Of a DNA stretch of 64,000 bases, positions 13,401 through 25,400 are shown piece by piece. Both the position numbers and the translations under genes were made by a program. Below the pieces are notes generated by a model. It did no database searches. It saw only the letters and a list, made by a program, of their open reading frames with translations, and was not told where the DNA came from. This DNA is from Hydrolagus colliei (lineage: Eukaryota): positions 40,672,001-40,736,000 of the forward strand of contig CM068743.1 in the NCBI GenBank assembly GCA_035084275.1, read 5' to 3'. How positions within the stretch are numbered: position 1 is the first letter of the stretch; every line of letters starts with the position of its first letter.

Positions 13401-16400
13401 ATTGATTCACTCAATCCACGACTTTTTGTGGGACACTCCAGTGCGCAATTGGCTGCCACGTTTGGTTCATGAAATACAGTCACTATATGTTACAGTATAG
13501 TATATTGTGAAGCGCTTTAAGATGCTCAAAAACATGATAAGGTACTATATCAAATGCAAGGATTAATATTATTATTGTTACTGGTTGTTCCATAACTGCT
13601 CAGTGTGGTATTGCTGACACACCCTCAGTATAAAAGAGACAGAATAATCAATGGTCTGCAATTTCTCTTGGTTTTAGTCTTAATGTTACTTGTGATCAAG
13701 TTGAAAATTCTGTGTAAGTTAGAAAATTCATTCATTGGAAGCCAGTTATTTCTAAGAATAGCAGAACACCAGCTTTCCGATAGATTAAATTTCACAATGT
13801 TCCAAAGTTTTACACAATCTTACATTTTAAAACAGTGGTTTTTAACAAAAACATTAATCAATAAAATTACATTTGTAGAGCACCTTTCACTTCAAGAGGA
13901 CATTCCAACAGTCAGGGGTCGGTTCCAGAGCAAGGTGGGGGAGGGGGGCAGGGTTGGAATAAGGGAGGGCAGCGAGGTAGGAGGGCGACTGAAGGCACGG
14001 TCAAAGAGGCGGGTCTTCGGACCGTTCTTGAAGGAGGCAAGAGATGGAGAAAGGCAAGGGATTGCGGGATGGAGTTCCAAATTGTAGAGAGGCTGAAGGC
14101 CCAGCTACCAATGGTAGGGTGGATTGGATCTGGGACATGGAGCAGGCCAGAGCCTGCTGAACTGGGGGAGCGGACAGGTTGACAGGGGGTCAGCTTGTCT
14201 GAGAGATGTGGGGTCAAGGCCTTGAATGGATGGCACGAGCTAATCAGGAAGGCCTTGGTTTTGCTGACATTCAGTTGTAGAAAGTTGTCTCTCATCCAAG
14301 GACTTGATGTCTGACTTGCAGTCTGTCAGGATTGCAGTTGTCCTGGAATTGAGAGTGGAGGCAGAGAGGTAGTTTGGGATGTCATCCGCGTACATGTGGA
14401 AATTTACCCCATGACTGCGGATGATGCCACCAAGGAGGATCATACGGAGGTTGAAGAGGAGGGGACCGAAAGACAGAGCCCCGAGGAACACTGCAAGAGG
14501 CAGTGCAGGGGCTGGAAGAGAAAAAATAAAAAGAACAAATGATTTAATATCTTATGTTGTTTCTGGTTAGTTTTACACAATATGCTTGTTGTAATGAATT
14601 TTTTTTAATGGAAATGTACCGTGGATGGAAAGGAAAGCAGGGTTAAATGTTACCAATGTGCCCCATCATATTAGTCTTGTAGTGCAGTGTGGAGTCCTGA
14701 AGAGTGGTGGTTAGCATGCTCGCGTTGCAAGAGAGAGGATCCGACTTTGATGCCCGGGCGAGTCAAAACCTGAGGCGCTTTTCTTCACCCTAACCTCCTC
14801 TTTTAGCCAGAAATAAGTAGGAGCTTTGTTGTTATTCAGTGGGGCACCACTTTCCAGGAATAATAATCCCGCAGACCACAAAACATTTGGTGACTCAATC
14901 CAATACTGTTTATGGAACACTGATATACACAGTTGGTTTCTGTGTTTTGCCCACAAATATACAGTCCCTGAACTTTACAGTGTATCCTGTGAAGCGCTTT
15001 GGGACATCTCAAAGACATGGTAAGGAGCTATATCAAATGCAAGGATTATTCTTCGTATTATCATCAGCATCTTCAGATCTGCCACGGTTAATGGAAATGC
15101 ATTTCATGTTTGCAGATGCAACTGTCAAATTCATAAACAAGCCCCAAACTCCTGTTGAAGTGCTAGCCACCACCTCCGAGAGTGTGGAATTGCCTTGTGA
15201 GGTGTCGGCAGCGAGCGCTGTGGTCACGTGGAGAAAGGATCAAAAAGAGGTTAAGCAGGACCAGAGGATAACCATCATCTCTCAGGGAACACAACGTAAA
15301 CTTGTCATCAAGAAAATGCAGCAGAGCGACCAAGGAAACTACACCTGCGTGGCCAACGATGACAATCTAACATTCCAACTAAAGATCAAAGGTAATGATT
15401 GCTGTAGGAACAGAAGGATAACCTAGTGAGTGAGAAATCTCAGATCCTAATTCAAAGATTACAGGCTTGAGTCGCTGGACCTCGTGCTAGACTGAAGTGT
15501 GAAGGATACATTAACACTCCATATTTTGCTGTCTGGCAAGCTCACCCGCTGCTTGACCAGCTAGGACCAACCGACTATTTAGGGCTTGGCTGCAGGGTTA
15601 ACAAAAGCTATAGAGGGTAGATTCTCCACCCCCAGTGACTGGTCTGCCCTTCCAGGTCCTGCTGATGAGTCAGGCTGGACTGTGCTGTCATCAGCAGTGA
15701 GAGTCCTGGATATACTGTAGACAAACTGGCTAAGGAATTGAACTTTTGCAAGCACACCATTTTTATCAAATAACAAGTGTCAATCATCACATATCATCAT
15801 CATCAACAACAACAACTTGCGTCCCTCATGCAAGGTAGCGTCTCAGAGTGCTTATTAACTTAGAAGAGCACTCTGTATACGATCTTATGAACCAGCGCCA
15901 TGGAATGTGAAAGGCGATAAACAAATATTATACAAATATAAAGCTGTAATTATGGTTTGTAACAGAGAGTGCCAATGTATTTCAACCATTTTTTTTCACC
16001 TATTCCTTCTTTTTATCTTAAATTATCTCTTAAATTATTTTTAAAAAAGGCAACACATGATTCCTCATTTTGAGACAGCTTTAATTGCAGCAGTTTCATT
16101 TTGTGTCATTGGTTTGTTATTTAATCAAATCTCCGATGTAGTTAACCTTTCTGGAGAGCCATTGCTGTTGTTTGAGGGTGTCTGAAAATGCTGTATACTG
16201 CTGAAATGGGTAGAGTGGAGGATCAATTGGGTTGGGAAGGGTCAAAGAGGAGGCGTTTTGAAAGTAGGGAGGAAGATTTTAGCTCTATTACCTGAAGAGT
16301 TCTCAACGTTGGAAATGGGACTCTGCTATTGACACCCATTGCCAACATAGAATAGTCCAACATCAGGTTATATATATATATATATAATATATATAATATA

Positions 16401-19400
16401 TATATATATATAATATATATATATATAATATATATATCAGGTTATATGCCAGCTGAGATTCCTTGACCTTTTTCCATCCAAGTTCTTTAACCATAACCTG
16501 AGAAGAACGCTCTGTACCTTATGTTCGTTAATGTTCCAGTTTGTACTCCAAGCTCACTGGCAGCCTTTCTTAATCAGAATGGTGATGTCAGGTCAGTCAA
16601 TGTTTACTTGGTGGCTGGAACTCCAGTTAATAATTCTATATTGTGTAATATTCTTTATCCTATCAATTTGCTTGATTTCCACTAGGGTTGTAGAAATGCA
16701 ACGGTTTCTTATATTCCAATATACTGTACCAGGTTAGAAAAAACATAATTGCCCCCCAAATACAGTCAATTCACTTCCCATTATATTCTGTGAAGCACTT
16801 TAGAATCATAGAATCTTCCGGCACAAAAGGAGGCCATTCGGCCCATTGAGTCTATGCCTGCTCTTTAAAAAGAGCAATTTAATCCCACTCCCCAGCTCTC
16901 TCCCCATAACCTCCCAAACCCTTCCTCCCCAAATAAATGTCTGCCTCTCTTTTAAAAGTTGTTATCGAATCGGCCTCCACCACCTTTTCACCACTTTGAG
17001 ACAATGCGTTAAAGAGCCATTTCAAATGCACGGATTATTATTACGTTTTAAGAAAATTATAGTGAACAAGAGCACATGTATAAAACAGCAATTTCACCAA
17101 CAATAATTACCTATGAAAGCATTTTGTAGATGTTTTGATCAGATGCTATAACTTGCAAGTTCTTTTCAGAACTCTTCCATAATCCCTTTGCTTTGCTCTT
17201 TCTCTCTTTGCCTTCAAACCTCTCTTAAAAACGTTTTGGTCTTTGACTAACACCCTTATATTCTCCTTCCTTGTCCCCCTACCTTCCTTGATTCTGTGAG
17301 GGGGGTGGGGATGGGGTCCAATGAGCACGTTGTTGGTTTCATGGATACAAAAGCAATACAAAAGCAAGCTATTATTCTACTTAAGAACAGAAATAGGTGC
17401 TTTGGCCTATTGATCCTGCTCTGCTATTTTATGACTTCACCGGATATCTTCACCATTTAAATCTCATTTCACTGACTTTTTTCTTGGTATTCATTGACAT
17501 CTGTACCTCCCAAACATCTCCCTTTGAAATGTCAATACATTTTTGTATCTGATAGCCTTCCTGCAACGATGCTTGGAAAGATTGAGTAGATTTGTTTCTT
17601 GAATGTTCTCTCACTGTCTTTTCTCCTCCAATCTTGTGACCATCTCACGGTGCCCCCTATTGATTTCCGAATGTTGTTCTCACTATTTCTTGGCTATGTC
17701 CACGCAATCTCCTGACAGTTCTGTCTCCAATTTCTATCCATTTACTAGATGCATGGTACTTTGCTGCTATCATGACAGTAAACCAGTTGCTGTTGTTGCC
17801 ACCATTACTAAAGTATTATTTTACAGAGGGTTTTAAGTGTCTTCTTAACAGATGTCATTAGTACTAGTACTAGTTAGACTCATGTTGTGTATTGATCAGA
17901 GCACGCTCCTCACAAGCGAGAGGAAATGGGTTAGATTCCCGGGCAGGATGAAAGCTTAATCCATGATGCTGTATCAAATGCAAGAATTATTATTATTGTG
18001 ATATTTCAACAAAAAAAAGTGTTCATCAACATCATGGCTGTTTGCAATGTATTATTGTTGTGGTGGTGACAGTTGGGCAATGATGTTCAGTATTTAATGG
18101 TCACAAGGTTGTCCAATGGTCAGATCCTAATTTTTCTGTTGCTTCCTCTGCAGAACTAGCTGCAACTATCTTAAAGAAATCCACAACCCAAACAGAGTAT
18201 GCAGCAAGTGTGGGTGAGACGGTAACCCTCGTTTCTGAAGTGTCTCACTCCATTGTGCAAGGGAAATGGTACAGAAATGGACAAGAGATGAAGCAGAGCA
18301 AACTAGTGAGTGTTGAGTCAGAGGGAGCAGTACGAAGGCTAGTCCTTCACAATGCCAAATTGGGAGATTCCGGATGCTACACTTTCAAAACTCAAGACGA
18401 TGAGATCGTTCTTAATGTTAATGTAAAAGGTAAGGCAAGTGAAAGATTCTCATGTACATGTCCAGTGTTTGTGCAGTTAAGAGTCTGAGTTCTGTGGCAT
18501 ATTGTTTGGAACACTCGCCTCGCAAAATATTGAAGTTTCTTTATTATCTATCGGATAAGTTAGACTTTACCTCAGTTTAACAACTCATCCGAAAGACCGA
18601 AAGGCAGCATCTCCATTGCAGAGTACCGTCAGCCCTGCCCTGACATTCCTGACATCAGGAGTGTCAGCCTGATGTGGGATCTGAATTCACAATCTTCTTG
18701 ATTCAGAAGTGCTCATTGGAGCCCATCTGACACAAGAAATAATTACTGCTTTCTGCCCTGATTTGGGTTTTTTTTCAGAACAATTTTTATTCTGTCCAAT
18801 TTTTTACCCAAGTTTACATTTCACGTTTTAATCTTAGCTCAAAACACTCAGGTAGCAGTCCTGATTAATTTTCCTTTGTGAGCCATCTGTTTGTTTCTGT
18901 AACGTGTAATCATACACATGGAAGGAGGCTATTCGGCCCTTCGTGCCTGTGCCGGCTCTTTGAAAGAGCTACCCAATTAGTCCCACTCCCCTGCTCGTTC
19001 CCCGTATCTTGGTGTGGTAGTTAAGCAGGGCCATGGCACACACATGAATGAAGAATTGTTTTTTCTCACTACTTGATTATACAATAAGTTCTGGGAGATG
19101 AAATACATTTCTACTTCCTTTCAGAGGCAGAAGCAATATTTGCCAAAAAGGAATCAGTTCAGAAGGAGGTGAAAGTTCGAGTGGCAGAGAACGCCACTCT
19201 TAGCTGTGAAGTGTCACAATCCAAAACTGAAGTCAAATGGTCCAAGGATGGAAAAATACTTAGACCCACAAAGAACATTAAAGTTGAATCTGATGGTACA
19301 ACTCGCAAACTTGTGGTTCAGAACGTGGAGTCAAAGGATGCGGGTGATTATGTTTGTGAGGCAGCGGGAGAGAAACTGACTTTCCACATTACAGTTACAG

Positions 19401-22400
19401 GTAAGGGCTTTCACGAAGGAGGACTTTTCAATCTAATTTAAACAATGTTTCCTAGACGATTCATAGGAGAAGTAACCAGAGCTGCCAACCAGTACGTTTT
19501 TGCTGTATTTAGTACGATAAATTGCAGTAAATATGGCAGTACGATTTTTCTTGTTAAAATACGTTTTTTGGAAAATCTGAATTTTGGAAATTCCATGCTC
19601 TGCCTGTCTGTCTCTCCTTCTCTCTGTCTCAGTCTCCCTCCGTGAGTCCCTCTGTCTCTCTCTCCATGTCTCTTTCCCTCTCTGTCTGTCTCGGTCGCGC
19701 TCTCTCTCTTTCTCTCTCTCTGTCTCTCTGTATCTCTCTCTTTCTGTGTCTCTTTCTCTCTCTGTGTCTCTCTCTTTCTCTCTCTATTTGAGTCTCTGGC
19801 TGTCACAATCTCACTCACAGTCTCTCTCTGTCTCTCTCTGTCTCAGTCTCTTTCTCTTCAACTCTCTCTCCCTGCCTTCAATAGCAGTGCTACCTGCCTT
19901 CTGCCGTCGCCGATACGCTGTAAATGTTAGCGCTAGGCGCTGGGCTGGGCGCAAGGCATTACTGGGAACAATTGTTTTCATATACGGAAACACAGTAGGG
20001 ATCTCCCTCTTAACGTAATTTTTGCTTAACGAGGGGTTTTGAAGTCCCATTTTACTTGGCATCTATTCGCGCTGTAATTTTTCCGTTAAGTACCGGTGGG
20101 TTCTGGGGAAAATACTTTTTTTTAACTACAAAATACTGTTTTTAGCTTTCAGGAGTACTTTTTTTTGATAAAAAAGGTTGGCCGCTATGAGTAACTGTTC
20201 AAATGATTACAGGGTCCTGCATGCCTGTCACCATGTTGATTCTTTTTTTCCAAATAAATATGATAAATATCTAATTGCAGTTTGGCAATTCAGCTGTATC
20301 CCACTTGCTGGAGCAAGAAAGAGTGGGTGTATAGACAAGGAAGTGACGTCTTTCAGAACATTGGACACCATCTTAGCTTTAAAGGGGAAGTGAAGTGTGA
20401 GGGAGACGGTTGGGAGAAAAACTTAGTGTTCGTAGGGCTCAGAGAAGAGTTGCTGTTATGATGCTGTGTCTCAGAGCTATAAGTAATGAAGACAGACTAA
20501 TATAACAGAATCTGTTTTACTATTGGCAAGGGCACAAAATTTCAGGTAAAGATACCAACCTCCTTGGAAGAAAATCTGCTCAACCACAAGGACCACTGAA
20601 TAAACTGATGATCAGAAAAATCCTCTCCTCCCACTCACACACTCACACGCACGCACTCTCTCTCTCACACACATTCTCTCACACACACACACACACACAC
20701 AAAGATTGACTCTGTAACAACAAGTTTTATTTATACAGCTATCCTCATGCAGTCTAGTGTCCCAGAGCCCTTAACCAGCTGAAGTTAATTAGACAATTTA
20801 AAAATCAAGTTCTGTTAATTTACTTTCCCTATATCTATTATATGTAGAGTCCTTGAAGCTGGAGTCAGTGGTTAGAGCAGTCGCCTCGCAAGCGAGAGAC
20901 CTGGGATCAATTCCAGGCAGTGCAAAACCTTGGGCAAGTCTGTTTACTCCACATGCCTGTTAATAATCCCTCAAATAAGCAATACTAAATTGGTTACTTC
21001 AATCCACGATTGTTTGTAGACACTGCAGTGCGCATTGGCTGCTGTGTTTTGCCCGCAAATATACAGTCTATTCACTTTACAGTATATTCTAAGATGTGCT
21101 TTGAGAGGCGTAGAAGACATGGAAAGTGCTCTGTCAAATGCAAGGATTATTATTATTATTTCTTATATGTGCCACAACTAAACCGCTTTCTTCCTTTCAG
21201 AACCAGAACCAGTGTTTGCCAAAAAGGAATCAGTTCAGAAGGAGGTGAAAGTTCGAGTGGCAGAGAACGCCACTCTTAGCTGTGAAGTGTCACAATCCAA
21301 AACTGAAGTCAAATGGTCCAAGGATGGAAAAATACTTAGACCCACAAAGAACATTAAAGTTGAATCTGATGGTACAACTCGCAAACTTGTGGTTCAGAAC
21401 GTGGAGTCAAAGGATGCGGGTGATTATGTTTGTGAGGCAGTGGGAGAGAAACTGACTTTCCACATTACAGTTACAAGTAAGTAATTTACCCCCTACCCCA
21501 ACCGCCCCGGCCCCTGCTCGGGTCCCGACCTAACTGTTCAGAGCCTAGGGACCTCCTCCTGACATGAAAGGCGCTCTATAAATGTAATTTTGCTGTTGTT
21601 GTAAGTGCTTTCACGAAGGAGGACTTCCCTATCTAATTTCAGAGAATTAACATTAAAAAATCTCCTTGGAGATTCGTAAGAGAAGTAGTTCAAGCGATTG
21701 CACATTCCTGAAACCTTCCATTGTGTTAATTCCTTTCACAACGAATAAGATAAATATCTGTTCAAGACTAGGATCGAAATGTATAGAAATAGGTATGGAC
21801 AGAGATAATCACTATTCACAAAATTCGATTCACAAGACTCGGATGTTGCTTCTTTTGCTATTAGTGTCACTTGAGATGTTTGATATGAAGACGGACTATC
21901 AAACGGAAGGTATAAAGAATAGTCTTGTTTACCTTCTCAAATCATACTGCTCCTGTTCCTAACATACCCTGCTCTACCTGCCCCATCTTAGGCTGTTGGT
22001 TTGTTTAAAAACATTTAAAGTTTACGAATGTTACTGAAATGCCGTCCAGCATGGAGGGCGCTATATAAATCAATGTTATTATTAAAGCCCTCCACAACTT
22101 CGCCTCACCCTACATCCATGACCTCCTAACCCCATACCAATCTGCCCATCCTCTCCGCTCAGCAGGCTCTGGCCTGTTCCACGTCTCCCGACCCCACTTG
22201 CCCCACCATTGGCGGGCGAGCCTTCAGCTACTCTGCCCCCAACTTCTGGAACTTCATCCCGCAGTCCCTCCGCCTCGCCACCTCCCAAGCCTTCTTCAAG
22301 TCTCGCCTCAAGACTTTCCTCTTCGATGGACCCATCGGCAACTCTTAATCCCCTCCTTCCCTCCCACTCGCCATCCTCAGCTCAGAAATGAAGCAGTGAT

Positions 22401-25400
22401 TGTCTGTCGACTTGGGACATCCTCCTGACGTGAAAGGTGCTATACAAAGGTCATTTTGTTGTTGTTGTTTATCTTACCTGCCCCTACTTTCTGGAATTCC
22501 ATCTTGGATTTTCATCCTGACAAGCTCCCTCTTTCAAGGTCCATCTCAAGGTCCAGCTCTTGGCAGACCCTATACTGTAGTTGTTTTCCCTTCTCCATCC
22601 CTATGGATTCCTTTCCTAGTTTGTCTACTGAGCCAAGACTATCAAGTTCTTTGGGACATCCTCCCAACGTGAAAGACACTATACAAATAGCCATATATTG
22701 TATAAACTGCTGATTTTTGAAAACTGCTCAAGAGTGGTTGAAGTAATCGCTTTGCGTGTGAGGACTTAGGTTCGAGTTTGCGTGTGAGGACTTAGGTTCA
22801 AAGTTTGGAAAAGTTTCCTTACTGCACTCACCTGGTTATAATCAGAAGAAAAAACCCAATACAGGTATCCCTCCCCAACCGTGGGGGATACGTTCTTGTA
22901 AACCTTCGTGGTTGGAAAAATCACGGTTGGGAAATGCAGGGCCCAATGTGAAACATGGGTTTAAGTTCACGTTTAGTAAAACTAAACACAAAAAAAACAT
23001 ACAGTTATAACATACATGGGGATAGTGGGAGTAAGTTTGGGCGCATTGGCTGCCAGGATCTGCAGCAATCTGCTACAGAGAGAGAGAGAGAGAGACACGG
23101 AGAGTGGTGGGGGGTGGTGACACGGAGGGCTGAGGGGGGTTGACACGGAGGGCTGAGGGGGGTTGACACGGAGGGCTGAGGTTGGATGACACGGAGGGCT
23201 GAGAGGGGGGGTGACACGGAGGGCTGGGGGGCGTGGGGTGACACGGAGGGCTGGTGGGAGGGACACGGAGGGCTGTGGGGGGACACACGGAGGGCTGGGG
23301 GGGGGGGGGGGGCTGGAGAAGGTGAGAGAGAAGGGGGGTGCCGGGGGGAAGAGAACTTACAGAGAGAGAGATCTGCAGATGCTGGCAGCCAATGCTCCCA
23401 AACTTACTATCTAGGCTGCAGAGAAGCAGCAATAAATTCATGTTACTGTATTTACCTTAATCCTAAGAGATTGAAGTGTTGTCGCTGGTTGATTGCAACA
23501 TAACTAGTGCTATATGCTAGCTGTTCGCACACACACAGTACCTGTAGATCCACAAGTGCAGTTAGACCACGTGGGGTAGTAAAGATGCTGATAGGCGGGA
23601 ACCGCGGAGTGGATGAATACGCACCAATACGCGGATGAATGCGGTCCCTTGTTTGGAGGAGTGAAACTTGAAAATTTAAACCTGCGGATTTAAATCGCGG
23701 ATGCACAAAATGCGGTTTGCGAAGGTTGTCGCATTTAGTAAACCGTGGATGCATGAGTTTCGTGGTTGGCAAGGCCGTGGTTGGGGCAGGATACCTGTAT
23801 ATTCTGTGAAGCGCTTTGAGACGTCTAAAAAACATAAAAAGTGCTATATCAAAATGCAAGCATTATTATTATTATTACATACTGCTTTTGTTTATTCAGA
23901 GCCAGAACCAGTGTTTGCCAAAAAGGAATCAGTTCAGAAGGAGGTGAAAGTTCGAGTGGCAGAGAACGCCACTCTTAGCTGTGAAGTGTCACAATCCAAA
24001 ACTGAAGTCAAATGGTCCAAGGATGGAAAAATACTTAGACCCACAAAGAACATTAAAGTTGAATCTGATCGTACAACTCGCAAACTTGTGGTTCAGAACG
24101 TGGAGTCAAAGGATGCGGGTGATTATGTTTGTGAGGCAGCGGGAGAGAAACTGACTTTCCACATTACAGTTACAGGTAAGGGCTTTCAAGCAAAAGTACT
24201 TGCGTTTCTAATTTAGGGAAATTAATATGCTGTACTGGAGTGCAGCAATGGGTTAAAACTATCTTTTGAAAGATAGTGTTTAACTCTCTGTTTTTAAAAA
24301 CGGTTTAAAACGGTCCCTTTGAGTGTGACTTTGGCCATCACTGTCCTCCCCCCTCTATCCCACCCAGCTCAGGCTCCCATTCTGTCTCTGTAAACTGTTT
24401 TGAGAAGCTGTCTAATGTGAAAGTAGCTATATAAGTGCTTGTTCTTGTATCTTGCTAATTTGCAGTTGAGCTACAGATCAGCCATGATTTTATGGAATGG
24501 TGGAACAGGCTTGAGAGGCTGTATGGCCTGCTCCTGTTCTATGTTCCTACCTCCGTGTCTCACTATTGTAATGTTTACCCATTTATTTGCAATTTTGGTT
24601 ACCGACTTGTAAGGACAAGACAGAGAACAACACAGAGAATAGAATCATTGACAAAGTGAAAATTGGGGAAATCAAAGCAAACCCCTGTCTTATTTACTTT
24701 TCTCTATACACATGTGCTACATACAATGATGCTTCTTTCTTGCAGAGCCAGAACCAGTCTTTGCCAATAAAGCATCAGTTCAGAAGGAGGTGAAAGTTCG
24801 AGTGGCAGAGAACGCCACTCTTAGCTGTGAAGTGTCACAATCCAAAACTGAAATCAAATGGTCTAAAGATGGAAAGGTTCTTAGTCCCAGTAAGAAATTT
24901 AAACCAGAATCTGATGGTAAAACTCGCAAACTTGTGGTTCAGAATGTGGAGTCAAAGGATGCGGGTGACTATGTTTGTGAGGCAGCGGGAGAGAAACTGA
25001 CTTTCCACATTACAGTTACAGGTAAGGGCTTTCAAGCAAATGTCTCTAATTTAGGAAAATTAACATTAAAAATTCTTTTATTGAGTTTGCGTGAAAATGA
25101 AAGGTTTAAGTGATTGCAAATTGCAGGAAACATTAATTATTGTTTGCTTTTTCCTTTACAAATGAATGGGATAAAGACCAATTCAGGAATAAGTTCGAAG
25201 GTTGTAAAGATAATCTTTCATAAAAAACAATAAAAACTAACTAGATATAGTTCCACATTACAGTTCCTAATTACTTATGATTGCTCTGGAACACTATCCT
25301 GTAGGGTCTGGCGATATATCGATATATCCGATATAATTTTCATATCGATATGCCAATATAGACATTTTAAAAATATCGAACAAAAACGGGATGCACGCGC

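Noticed and set aside
13605-14087. 160-aa plus-strand ORF
   Set aside because: AT-rich filler running into the antisense of an L2 3' end; no domain features
19125-24175. Assembly duplication as the cause of identical exons
   Set aside because: Each copy has distinct flanking introns, its own TE insertions and private substitutions, although long reads are still needed
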